64,000 nucleotides of DNA from Balanoglossus misakiensis. Taxonomy: Eukaryota > Animalia > Hemichordata. Below are positions 21,836-32,814 of this stretch, in pieces. The stretch's first letter is position 1. Each line of letters begins with the position of its first letter. The translations under genes and the position numbers were made by a program. Below the pieces are notes generated by a model that had not been told where the DNA came from, made no database searches, and saw only the letters and a program-made list of their open reading frames with translations. The stretch lies in contig CM082577.2 of assembly GCA_040954595.2 (NCBI GenBank), forward strand, positions 4,278,305-4,342,304. The letters are read 5' to 3'.

Positions 21836-22596
21836 ATTTCTATGAAAAACTTGCAAAAAAGTCCATGATTTATATCAGAATTTAAAATAGGTCTGCTGAG
21901 TGAACATTCAAAACATTATTGTGTTTCTAGCCCACACTCCTATCCTTTGCTTATTACTAAAAATGATACTGTAGGTTATCAATATCTTTTTATACAATGA
22001 AAGTGTGGCTGGTATAGATTTTCACTATTGGGTACATTCTCAACTAACTGAGGTAGTGTAGGAGAGGATACCATTTCCACACTCCACCCACGCAGTTAAC
22101 CAGTATTGACCTGAAACAAAATGCCCACAGCAAGTTAAAGCGCCCTCAACAAAGAGAAATCAAAAACTTTTGCCAGGTACAATTTCATGCAAGGACTATG
22201 CTGAATGTTGGAACATTTCAGCCTTGCCCGTAGTAGTCCGTACAGACATACATTTTGTCTGATAAATAGGATAAGAAAACAAACACTTTCTCGTGTACAC
22301 AAACATTCAAATGTATCACTCTTCTCAAATGTAAGTATTTTTTCAAGCATTTTTTTGCCGAATTCATCAAGATTGGTACTTAATCTATAAAACTATAATT
22401 CCTCATGTGCAATAAGAAGATCTGGAAGTGATAGAAGTAAGAATAAAATCTGCATACAAATTTCAGTTACATACAGTCTGAGAACAAAAAACAGAAAATA
22501 CACGACTCCTCAAAGACATTTGATTTGTCATGTCCCGCTCTCCAAAATATTTTTCAGCACTGAAAAAAGTCCACATGATTTACAGAAGTCCAATAT

Positions 22597-23552
22597 TTAT
22601 AGAAGTCCCGCCATCTCTTTCATGAATTGATCATAGGCATCATCTTTCGTTGCCCCAGTAACGGTCGTTTTCCTCGCCTTCTCTGTGGCTCCAACCGGTG
22701 CATCGCTCAATGTTCCCAGTGGAGTTGTCTTTACAGGGGGACCTGTCTTTGTTTTGCCTGTCCTCTTCACTCTGAGGGACGTGGGTAAGAATCGCGTGAC
22801 CTCAGCTTGCATGTTGCGTATTTGGGGTTTGGCGCTTATCGTGGCCGTCGCCTTCTTCTCTATGGTCGCCGAGTCTTCCTGTTTTTGCGGCGGTCTGTTG
22901 ATGCTCGGGGGCGCGCTGAGGACGTTCGGGTTCTGGTGCGGTGGCATTCCGGGGGGAAGGCCGGGCGGTCGGATTGGCAGTCCTCTGGGAGGGGGACCAC
23001 CTGGGGGCGGGATACCAGGTGGTCCCGGTGGCATCATGCGTGGCGGGTGCCCTCGCAGGAGGGGTGGCACTCCCGGGGGTGGGCCGGGAGGCATTCCGGC
23101 CAGTGGTCGTCCGGGCGGCGGTCCTGGTGGCAGTATCCTCGGAGGGGGACCCCGAAGTGGAGGTGGCTGTGTGTATCTCTGCTGGGTTGCTGCTGCGCCT
23201 GGCTGGTAGTTCTGGGGCAGACCTGGTGGTGGGCCCGGCGGTGGTCCTGATGGTGGTCCGGGCGGTGCACCTGGGGGTGGGCCTGGAGGTACCACCAGTT
23301 GTTGCATCTGTTGTTGCGCCTGCAGCTGTTCCGGCCTCACGGGACCCTGTGCAACTTTCTTCTGGAATTCCTCCTCGTCCTCTCGCTCGTCATCCTCATC
23401 TTGCTCTTCATCGCTTTCATCCTCCTCCTCCTCCTCGTTTGGAATTTGTTGCCCGGCAATCTGTAACATCTTGGCCTGCAGCGCCGTCATTCCAGGGGGC
23501 AGTCTCGCCCTGTCATGTCCTTCGTCCGAAAAACGCACCGCTCGTTTCGTAC
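22597..23552 (-). CDS. WBP11: WBP11 terminal exon 10
   Basis: TKRAVRFSD...proline-rich...DDAYDQFMKEMAGLL*. Confidence 0.93.
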
Positions 23553-26174
23553 CTGCAATGCAAAGTCAAAGGGATGAGTACTGTACCAGCATTTATTAAC
23601 AGTGTAACTACCGCAAAACTTCTTTAAATGATTCCATTTTAGTCAGGACTCTTGTCAGAAAGTGGATAAAAAAGCTGTGCACGTATTTGCAAATAATGAC
23701 CCTGATGGATACTGAGGGCGCTCTCACGCCCGAATAGTTATCGTATATCCTACCTGTTGTATCAATATTGGCTGGGAGGTCATCTGGAAGGTCATACTCA
23801 TTGTCTCTATCGTCTTCACTGTCATCTTGATCCATTTCTTCGTCTGTACAGTAAAAAAGGGCACAAATATTTACACGTGTATAAAATAAAAGCCTCCAAC
23901 CTGACCATTGAAATTAAACCTTTCACCACCATAGCTCAGTCCAAACCCGTTGTTTTGCACATAAGACTGGATCTCTAAAGACGGAATTGGGGGTGTAAGG
24001 TTTTAACTATTGAACAGGGTGGTGTTGACTTCATACCTATGTCACTGTCAGGATAGTCTTCTTCTTCACTGTGATCATCATCCATACCTTCTGCTCCACC
24101 CACTGCACCAATGGATGTCCCGGGAGGGGGCAAATAGTTTGGCGGTGGTCCCGGTGGTGGCCCTGGTGGTTTCTTGCCCGGTGGCACACCAGGTGGCAAA
24201 CCCGGTGGCAGGCCAGGTGGTGGTCCAGGAGGCTTTTTGCTATTGGAAATAAAATTGCATTCATAAATAAATCAGTTCACATCGCAGCAATATACAGCTG
24301 AACTTTCAGATTCACTTAAACTTGAAAAAAGAAGCAAATGATATTGTTTGGATTACAACGTTTTTTTAATGACCACTGAGGGCGCTGTTCACACAACCAT
24401 CCTATATGTTTTTTCTAAAGTTCTTCCTACCTATATGCTGAGGTTTTCTTCAAAATTGAGTGTGGGGGTAATGTGGGCAGGGGAATGTCACTTGGCAGTG
24501 GGATCTGACTTGGAACTGAAAGAGCAGAGACACAGAATTTTAGTTTGTCATCAAGACTGAACAATACAACGCAATACAATATTTTTCAATCCCTTTTTCT
24601 CTGAACAATCAAACCCCAAAAAGGCAAGCAATTTTACAGAGAAGGTATGGACACCCTTTTAGCTATTTTATTTTCAAATACAACACAAGCTTCAACAGAT
24701 ACAGTATAGAAAGTTAAGATTTGGAGAACATTAATATTTTTGAAATCTACATCAAATTCTAGTATGTTACTGACAGACAATTAAAGAAACTGTTCATTGA
24801 TATATTCTAACTACCAACACAAATAGGATCTTACCAGATGGTAGATTTTGCGGCATATCTGGCAGAGGAATATCTCCAACTTTGACTTGCTGAGCACTCC
24901 TGACAGATTCTGAAAATTGATTCAATAAAGAGAACATCATTAAAAAGATAAGTAATAATTACAAGGCAATTGCAAGTCTGAAGTCACTCAGCAAATAACA
25001 AGACACACATGATTCTCTTTCTTCAATTCAGCCTTAACCCTTTCACCCCCAATTCTCTCTATAGAGGTCCAAACCTTGCATAAGAAAACAACGGGTTTGG
25101 ACTGAACCATGGCGGTGAAAGGGTTAAAACTGAAGTCACAACACACTCACCAAAATAAATGCTTTGCTTCTGTCTTCTCTTTTCATACTCCTTCTCCAAG
25201 TCTTTGAGTGTATCGTACATCTCAGGATCTTCTCTGTACTGGAGTGCAGACAAACAGAAAACGTGGCAAATTTAGGGAAAACATTTAACCTACCAAGACT
25301 GGAAACATAGTCAGTGGCAGATTTGTTTTCCAGCTTCAAGTCGAACTGAGTGAATTGGTAACTTACATAAAGTCTGAGAACTCTTTCAAATGTTTCTTTC
25401 AGCTTCTTGCGTTTATCCTTCAAGACTTTTTCATTCAGTGCAGGAGTCATTTCTAAGCTGAACTCTGAAAAATGTAGTACATTTATGAAAGTTATAAATA
25501 CTGAAATATTACATGTACTTAAAAAAAACATCAGTGTCCTGACCGTCCAGCATACTTTTCATTCAAATGATTCTGTGATCAGGAAGTGAAACATCACCAC
25601 ATTTCTAAAACCTTGAATTGTCCGTTTCCACTTCTTCTCCCAGAGTAAACTCTTGCCAATCCTTCAAAAATGTTCACAGCAGTATTCTTGACTCACCAAT
25701 TTCATCTAAACTTTCCATTTCTTCTATCAGCTGCCTTGGATCTTTCCCTTTCAACACTGCAGCTCTCACCATCTGCCTTTGTTTTTTGTTCTGAAAGAGT
25801 AACATCACAGTTTGTCAACAAAAAGACACATTTCTATCTCTCTCTCTCTAAGTATACATGTACCTGCATTTTTGCACAAATGTTATACATACCTTTTTAA
25901 GTTCTCGCTTTCTAGCTTCTTTTCCTAGGGTACAAACAAACAAACAAACAAACATAAATGAGATTGTAATTTCATTATGGGAATGACTGCGATGGGAATC
26001 ATTTCACGTGTAAACCTATGAGTATGATATTGGTCACAATGCACCAACCCGAGTTGGGAGCAACAGAGTCGGACTGCTTGTAATCACCAGATCGGGACAG
26101 GAATACTTACTTGCTTGATCCGTAGGGTTCATAAACTTCCCACTTTTCGTGGTATTGATCGATCTCCTCCCCAT
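22597..26174 (-). CDS. WBP11: WW domain-binding protein 11 (SIPP1), complement join(26174..26111,25924..25893,25790..25697,25464..25367,25238..25151,24909..24835,24515..24431,24239..24037,23843..23754,23552..22597), ~594 aa
   Basis: Spliced N-terminus [50 protein letters not shown] matches WBP11. PPGPPP repeats, PP1-binding RVxF-type KRAVRF, and C-terminal ATISAKPQIRN...RFLPTSLRVKR...DDAYDQFMKEMAGLL. All ten exons are GT-AG and phase-consistent (1785 nt). Confidence 0.95.
23754..23843 (-). CDS. WBP11: WBP11 exon 9
   Basis: EEMDQDDSEDDRDNEYDLPDDLPANIDTT; CAG/GTAGGA. Confidence 0.85.
23914..24006. mobile_element. piggyBac-like TTAA MITE copy (opposite orientation), WBP11 intron 8
   Basis: TTAA-ACCTTTCACCACCAT...GGGGTGTAAGGTT-TTAA; reverse complement resembles the 25034 copy. 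Confidence 0.6.
24037..24239 (-). CDS. WBP11: WBP11 exon 8
   Basis: KKPPGPPPG proline-rich segment then acidic stretch; TAG/GTATGA. Confidence 0.9.
24431..24515 (-). CDS. WBP11: WBP11 exon 7
   Basis: PSQIPLPSDIPLPTLPPHSILKKTSAY; CAG/GTAGGA. Confidence 0.88.
24835..24909 (-). CDS. WBP11: WBP11 exon 6
   Basis: SVRSAQQVKVGDIPLPDMPQNLPS; CAG/GTAAGA. Confidence 0.9.
25034..25127. mobile_element. piggyBac-like MITE, best-preserved copy, WBP11 intron 5
   Basis: TTAA TSD on both sides; perfect TIR CCCTTTCACC / GGTGAAAGGG; ~86 bp between the TSDs. Confidence 0.75.
25151..25238 (-). CDS. WBP11: WBP11 exon 5
   Basis: [38 protein letters not shown]. Confidence 0.9.
25367..25464 (-). CDS. WBP11: WBP11 exon 4
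   Basis: FSLEMTPALNEKVLKDKRKKLKETFERVLRLY; CAG/GTAAGT. Confidence 0.92.
25697..25790 (-). CDS. WBP11: WBP11 exon 3
   Basis: [40 protein letters not shown]. Confidence 0.92.
25893..25924 (-). CDS. WBP11: WBP11 exon 2 (32 nt)
   Basis: (R)[10 protein letters not shown]; TAG acceptor, GTATGT donor. Confidence 0.9.
26111..26174 (-). CDS. WBP11: WBP11 coding exon 1
   Basis: [21 protein letters not shown] then GTAAGT donor. Confidence 0.92.
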
Positions 26175-26674
26175 TTTGCGTGATTTATCTGCACAACTAT
26201 GATCCGCTGCACAATTACAAGTAACACCAACATCAATGCCTTGACGCCATGTTTTTTTAGCATTCGTCTGTTTGTTCGTTAACTATGTCCCTCAATCATG
26301 ACTTTGGTACCGAAAGTCCAAGTGGGCTACGTATCCAATTATATTTGTTTGTCTTGTATAGAGAACGTAGCAAACTGACGGTTGGTGCGAGGACGCTCAC
26401 AAAGCATTGCCATAGAGACGAAACATCGAGCTGGTGGGGAACAGCCAAAGGAGGTAAACAATATATGTATTCATCTGGTTTATTCACAATATCAATAACG
26501 TACACCAGCATGAAGTGCAGTGAATTTGGAATTTGTCTTCAAATTTGCTAATCTGAACTGAATTGCTATGTCCATTATTTATTTATTTATTTTTATATAT
26601 TTACTAGTTTATTTATTTATTTATGCCCAGGATAAGAAGCTAAAAATAAGCATGCGACTGAAGTTACTCATAAA

Positions 26675-28400
26675 ATGTTGGATGATGCCGCATGGATCAA
26701 TGTTCATGGTTTACCGGTGAGGGCGCTATTTAGTGTTGCACTTGGTTGCATTAGTTGTATGTCGAATGTGTGTCTGCACACTCACACTGCAGCTATCTCT
26801 GCCGATACCTGTTTACCCATCTTCAGCTGCTCACCCTGGTTGGCTTCCACCACACGTACCCATGTTTATCCCATGTATAGTCAGTTGGCCATTGTGTGTG
26901 AGTGTGTGTAATTGTCACATCCAGACTTCAAATCCGGGATGAATTGTGACTTCTTGCAAACACACCTTGAGAGGCTGAACAAGAGATTACACATGGTACG
27001 CAGGATAAAATAATTAGTGATAACCAATGATTGACGGTTAATTGTGGCCACTCATACACAACTACAGTAGGGCCACTGGAAGTGCGTGCACCTCAAAGGT
27101 TTAATTCTGGCGCCACTGAAGTACACCCCAAACACAACTAAAATAGCCAATTTGAGGTAGGTCGTGGTACACGCACAACCGAAGTGCACCCGGAATGTAC
27201 TTTTAATGGGAGTGGTTTTGTTAACCCGGTTTTGGTAAGGGAGTGTCCCGGTTGTAGAACTGATGTGATTGATAACAGACAGTGATATCATTTTGGTAGC
27301 TGCGTTGGACTACAACATCATGTTGTATAATATCAGTGGTGAATGGTGGCTACTGAACACGTCACGGCCAGCAAGACTTGTATTCCGATGATAGAAGGTG
27401 AAAGACAACTGTGGGGACATGAAGCACAATTGATTAAGACGTTGCTTTTGTGGACATCTCCTTTTCTTCCGATTTCGTACATTACGTACACATTGGTATA
27501 ATTCAACTTTTCCTCCTATTAATTAGATTAGCATCAGTAATATATATCAGAGGGAAAACGATATTCTCCAATTGGCCAGGACTGGCTTCGTGTTGTCAGT
27601 CTTCCAATTCTACAATGTTAATAGTTGTGTTGCTTCTTACTGATACAGTGCGTGATTTATGAAACACAGTTCACGACGGACAAAAATATAAACAGACGAC
27701 GAGTATTCTCGTTGATTGACCTATATTATAACCTAACAAAGGCGGCTCCGCGTGAATTATAGCGGTGCACTTGGACGGATTGGCACTGCTGACGAAAGGG
27801 GTCGACTTGGTGACCCACTTGATAAATAACTCCCGCTAAAGTTTTCCGGAAATCAGATAAACGTCGCGAGGTGCGGTGGATTTTAGGTCGGTGTCCCTGG
27901 ATACAGATCGCGTCATACCATTGATGTAACCAGGTATCTGCGGTAACAGTTTAAGGTCACCGTGGCACCGTGACATTGATGAGTTTCGGACGTTGGTACG
28001 GTTTATTATTCCGAGGGTGGCGCCGGCGCTGCCTCTGCGACCGTGTTTGTAGAACACATCCGTCACCCCCGGCCGCGGCCAGCCACCATCCCCGTCAGAC
28101 CAACTGAATCGGACAGACGCTTGTCGTCCAAATACCCAGGTTTAGTTTCAGCGCCGTGACTAAAGATGAACTTAAAAATAATATCCAGCGATTGTACCTG
28201 TGCCAGGCGGTAGTCGTATTATGAGGCCTGGGTATATTGATCCGATGTCAATCCTTGGTATCAACAAAAGGACAAACTTATTTGTCATGTAGAACGAAAC
28301 ATAAATTGTCGTATGTCAGTCTGGTTCGATGACGGTTGTAGAATGGTAATTTGGCCGACTGGAGGTAATGATTGTGATTTATGTGGTTTGTGATATTACA
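26675..28400 (+). pseudogene. Possible decayed B-box / NHL-repeat (TRIM-NHL-like) pseudogene
   Basis: Frameshifted and stop-interrupted fragments in plausible order: Cys/His B-box-like (GCISCMSNVC, ECVSAH, SQLAIVCECV*LSHP), then propeller-like ITDSDIILVAALDYNIMLYNISGE, GRLGDP, LRSPWH..DIDE / DVGTVYYSE and PMSILGINKRTNLFV. Recognised by eye only. Confidence 0.3.
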
Positions 28401-30489
28401 GTTGTTGGCCGATAACCCCAATATTTAATCAATCATTTGATGTGGTTATCATGATAGTAAAGAGAACCACACATCCTCCGTGGCTTCAGGCTATGGTAAG
28501 ACTGAGTAGCCCAGCAAGCTCGTACTTAAGTCTCCCGTAGAAAATTAGAGTACATGTATATGGCCTTCCCCGAATTCCGACGGCCCACACCCTCATCACA
28601 ACTGAAAAGACACAACTCTTGAATTCCTTCACGGGGTAACACCCGTCCCTTGATGTCCATTATTTAGCTGCAATGTGGTCGCTTTGATGTCGTCTGGAAA
28701 TATTTGGGTCTTCAAAGCCGGATACGTGACGTACGTAACAAACGGGCGGCGGGAATGAAAGGTAGTTCAGTGGTAGGTTTTCTGGACGGTGTGACCGACA
28801 CCTGAAGCTGTGCTGGCCACGGCACTGAGCTGATCTTATCTCTATACCATTATAACGCACGGTATAATAATATTGAAAGCTGAAACTTGGCTGGGTGCCT
28901 GTTTCCGGACGAGTGGTTTGGACGAAGGCGAGGAGCAGCAAACCGCCCAACAGAAATAACTCTGGTCCTACCCTTGGTACACCGAACGCCCAAACAAGAT
29001 TTAAAAAAACCTACCATACCCCCAGAACATAACACCACCCCACCCACAAGCAGTGCAATGCACGATCATCACCGCCGTATCTGTATTATCGATATGTGTG
29101 AACTCGTGCACGCGCGTAGATCAATCGATCACCCCATGGCAACATAGGTAGACCGCGTTTCTCTAAGACTTTCAACAAATTCCTTGGTCAAAGGGGAGAA
29201 TGTTCCAAATACCCTGGTTTTGTGGAAATTATTATCCAGGGTGTAAGTCCACGGAACGAAAGTCAGCATGATATTTCTTTAACATATACCTATACGTGAA
29301 TACTTGTTTGCTATGAGACGGGGGTGTTTCAGTCGCAAAGGCAAACTTCACACCACCAGTTGCTTGAGAACGGTGTTTGCCATCAGCAGATTGTATTCGA
29401 CCCCGGTGTGTCATGAGCTACCGTTTTATTAGGAGGGGGACAAAGGGCCCTTGCGTGCGAACCAAATCGACTCTGTCCAAATGTGCGTGCGAGAGGATGT
29501 AAATTAGCCCGGCTACCAAAGAAGGCGCAACCCTTTCATGTTGGACCGAAATCTGCTAAAATTTATGACGATTGTTTACGGCGAACAAAGGGTCTGTGTT
29601 TGCCAGAAGTGATGAATTCCGAAGCGACTCAGTGCAGGGGTGCCCTTCCATCAATGGGCTCCGACTAAATCACTGACCGTACAAAGTTAATCTGTAGCCG
29701 TTACCGACACCGCCGCGCCCGTAACCCGGTAACATCAACTCGGTCGCTCTCAAAACGGGCTTGGGTAGAAATCTGTTGAGTAGGCTTTCAGCAGATTTTA
29801 AGGACTCGTTGGGATTTAAAACACGGGAACCTTGGAAGTTGGCACAGCGTAGTGAGAAATTTTACGGCCACAGGCTAACTTTAATAAAGGTTCACATGCA
29901 GTGTCCCTCTTTAAGGTACTGCGCGACCCGCCGGGACCGATTTTCAGAAAAATGAGAGTCCTCCAAGCCTCCTAATGATAAATGCACAATCAAGAATTAA
30001 TTACCTGTTTGATAAGAAAGACGAACGAATGTGTTAGCTCAATACCGGATAAACACTTTTTATCATTCGAACGGATAAAATCAAGAAATATATATAAAAA
30101 AAAACATTACTATATGTGTAGACGTTAAGATGTAGAATTGGTTTATCATCGGTATATTAACCGTAAACTGTCAAATGAATTCGGAGTCCACGGTCCAGCC
30201 TGTCAGACATTGCTTACACTACAATGTCTAAGAAAAATGACTATTCAAGAATGGAAGTTTTTGGGGGTGTGTTTGCATTGATATAAATAGATCGACAAAT
30301 TGTACATCGTGCTATTCTCTGCATTTTAGCTGAGAATTATGTCGGTTTTCAAATTGGCTAAAACCGACTACGCCCATATTGAAAAGGCTTCCTGACACAG
30401 GTTACGACAGGAATTCGTTCATTTTTACGCATTAACAGCTGGGAGGGGGTAGTTTCGCCTTTCGAGATACTTAAAGCTCAAATACGAAA

Positions 30490-32061
30490 TTAGCGTTGCT
30501 TCACATGAAGTTTGAAAGACTGTGGTTTGAGCGCTAATCCGTAGCGACCTTCCAAATTTGGCAAGCCGTCTTGCGATTCTTTGAATTCACATTGATGAAG
30601 CAGAACGGCGAGGGCGAGGAACAATTCAATTTTGGCCAGATTTTCGCCCAGACACTTCCGTCGACCCAGCGAAAACGGGACGATGTTGTTCATGGCGCTT
30701 TTGTCCAGAGACCGTCCGTCGTGTGCCAGGAACCTCTCCGGGCGGAACTGGTCCGGTTCTGGCCACAAGTCCGGATCGCGGTTCGAGGACCACAGGTTGA
30801 AGTAGACGACGGTGCCTTTCGGGATTGCGTAATCGCCCACCGCGGTGTCGCGCGTCGTCGCGTGCGGGAGGCCGAACGGCACGACGGTGGTGTGACGTAG
30901 CAGCTCGTACAGAAACGCGTCCAGGCGGGGAAGTTGGTCGCGATTGGCCAGGGTGGGGAGCGCGTCCCTCCCGACGACCGCGTCCAGGTCCTGTTGGAGT
31001 CTCCGCTGAATGCCCGGGTACTTGGCGAGGTAGAGCAGCGCCCAGTGGATGATCAATGACGTCGTGTCGAAGCCGGCAGCGAAGATGTCTTGCACGGTTC
31101 CAAGGATGCGTGTCTCGGTGATGCCTCGTCGCTTCACCTCGTCGCGGTCTACCTCCTGGCTGACGTGCAGCAGGTTGTCCATGATGTCGCGTTGCACGTT
31201 GGGCCGGTACGTCGCGCGATGGTCCGCGATCCGCTGCTGCACCCAGTCGGTCAGCTCCTCCAATATCTCCCCCAGTTCTCTCGTTTTCGGATTCGGCAGA
31301 AAGCGCAGCCACGGCATGAAGTCGACGGGGTTGGCAAATCCGCCGGCGTTGTTGTTGAACCTCTCGGAGAGCGTGACCACCTCCCTGATCTTGGCGTCGG
31401 AGTGGACGTACCTCTTCCCGAACGCGATTTCGCAGATGATGTTGGCGGCGCTGATTTTCACGGCATCCTGCGGGTTCGACGTGTGTCCGCCCTGGTTGTT
31501 GTTGTCCGTCAAAATGTTGATCAGCTCCAGCATTTCGCTTATCACTTTCTCCTGGAACACCTGGAGCTGACCGCCGCTGGTGTAAATCTTCACGGCGCTG
31601 TCGCCGATTCTCCGGTGCAGTTTCCACGTCTCGTCGTATCGCCCGAACGCGAGACTTTCCCCGCCGGTCACTTGACGGAACGAGTCGAAGTCCGGCCTGT
31701 CGGCGAAATCCACGGACTGTTTTCCCAGGGCTTGTTTGATTAACTTCAAGCCGTTGACGATAACCACCGGTTGATTGCCGATGTAGATTCGATACACATC
31801 GCCGTACTTCTCACGCAGATTGGTCAGTCTGATGTGCGGATTGTTGGTCAGCTGCAGAAAATTGCCGAACACCGGCGCGGACCAGGGTCCGGGCAGTTTC
31901 CTGATGATTGGATCTCTCTCGTAGACATACTTCCACGCCGCCTTCAAGATCAGCGTCAGAGCCACGAAGAGAAGAACGGCGGTGAGATTTTCCGGGACTT
32001 GTAAGCTTTCCAGCAGGGGCGCGGTTGATGCGCGCCCGACGTCGCCGGTACCAAACTTCAT
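30490..32061 (-). CDS. CYP1: Cytochrome P450 family 1 (CYP1-like), single coding exon, 523 aa
   Basis: N-terminal TM anchor, LPGP hinge, DFADRPDFDSF, WKLHRR, NPVDFMPWLRFLP, I-helix DIFAAGFDTT, ExxR (ELLR), PHATTRDT, PERF, heme loop FSLGRRKCLG. The ORF is uninterrupted. Confidence 0.93.
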   Translation of the reverse strand: MKFGTGDVGRASTAPLLESLQVPENLTAVLLFVALTLILKAAWKYVYERDPIIRKLPGPWSAPVFGNFLQLTNNPHIRLTNLREKYGDVYRIYIGNQPVVIVNGLKLIKQALGKQSVDFADRPDFDSFRQVTGGESLAFGRYDETWKLHRRIGDSAVKIYTSGGQLQVFQEKVISEMLELINILTDNNNQGGHTSNPQDAVKISAANIICEIAFGKRYVHSDAKIREVVTLSERFNNNAGGFANPVDFMPWLRFLPNPKTRELGEILEELTDWVQQRIADHRATYRPNVQRDIMDNLLHVSQEVDRDEVKRRGITETRILGTVQDIFAAGFDTTSLIIHWALLYLAKYPGIQRRLQQDLDAVVGRDALPTLANRDQLPRLDAFLYELLRHTTVVPFGLPHATTRDTAVGDYAIPKGTVVYFNLWSSNRDPDLWPEPDQFRPERFLAHDGRSLDKSAMNNIVPFSLGRRKCLGENLAKIELFLALAVLLHQCEFKESQDGLPNLEGRYGLALKPQSFKLHVKQR

Positions 32062-32226
32062 GGTGTCGATGTCAGTAACAGAAACAACGGCGCAACTGGC
32101 GTTGGACGAGGACTAGCGGGCGGATGAGGCGACTAGCGAACGAAACTCACGATTGCAAGTGGTCAGTGTCCGTTGAGTGCCTGTCGCACAGAGGGGGGCC
32201 AAAGCACTTTGACCTCGGCAACAGCT

Positions 32227-32814
32227 TTGCGTGCAGAAGTCCAGAGGCACCCTTTGTTGGCGCGGTGGCATTGCGTGAACGGGACAGGGGCGGACAGAAT
32301 AGCCGCAGCGTGTGTTTACGAAAGGTTGGAAAGCCATACACAAACACCCCGACTGGATGGCCATTGTCCCCCGTTAGAGATGCAATGACTGGCTATGAAG
32401 CCTGCTTTTCAGCATCTTTTCAGGCCCCCTCAGATTATAACGCGCCAGACAAACGGTATTATGCCATTCTCTGCGAGACGGCGAATTGCGGGGGATAATT
32501 GTCCCTTATATTTGCCATACCCGTTTTTTTGTGCGCAGTTAAATGATCTAAGGTCGTACTTTCCTCAGCCCTGTTTAGGATCATACAATTACCCAACAGA
32601 GCTGTACAATTGCCGTGTGCAGGGGTTCTCACGTGAATTTTGACCTCTGCCTTTGCGGTAACGACAAGCTAAATGCAAGCCCATTCAGTAGCTCGGGGGA
32701 TGATTTATTTTTTTCGGCGCTGACCACAAAAGGGGACCACGGCACTTGCGGGGAGAGATACGCAGAGATTAATAACACGTTAGTCCTTCAAGCCCTAGAG
32801 TGGTGGATTGCGTG
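32227..32814. promoter_or_regulatory. Cluster of xenobiotic response element (AhR/ARNT) cores upstream of CYP1
   Basis: TTGCGTG at 32227-32233, 32271-32277 and 32808-32814; GCGTG core at 32308-32312. All lie within 0.8 kb of the CYP1 ATG. Confidence 0.55.

Noticed and set aside
22685-23627. Gly-rich plus-strand ORFs (174, 147 and 228 aa)
   Set aside because: Antisense reading of the Pro-rich WBP11 terminal exon.
30571-32004. Long alternative-frame and antisense ORFs over CYP1 (333, 217 and 173 aa)
   Set aside because: Expected by-products of a GC-rich CDS; Arg/Pro-rich with no domain signature.
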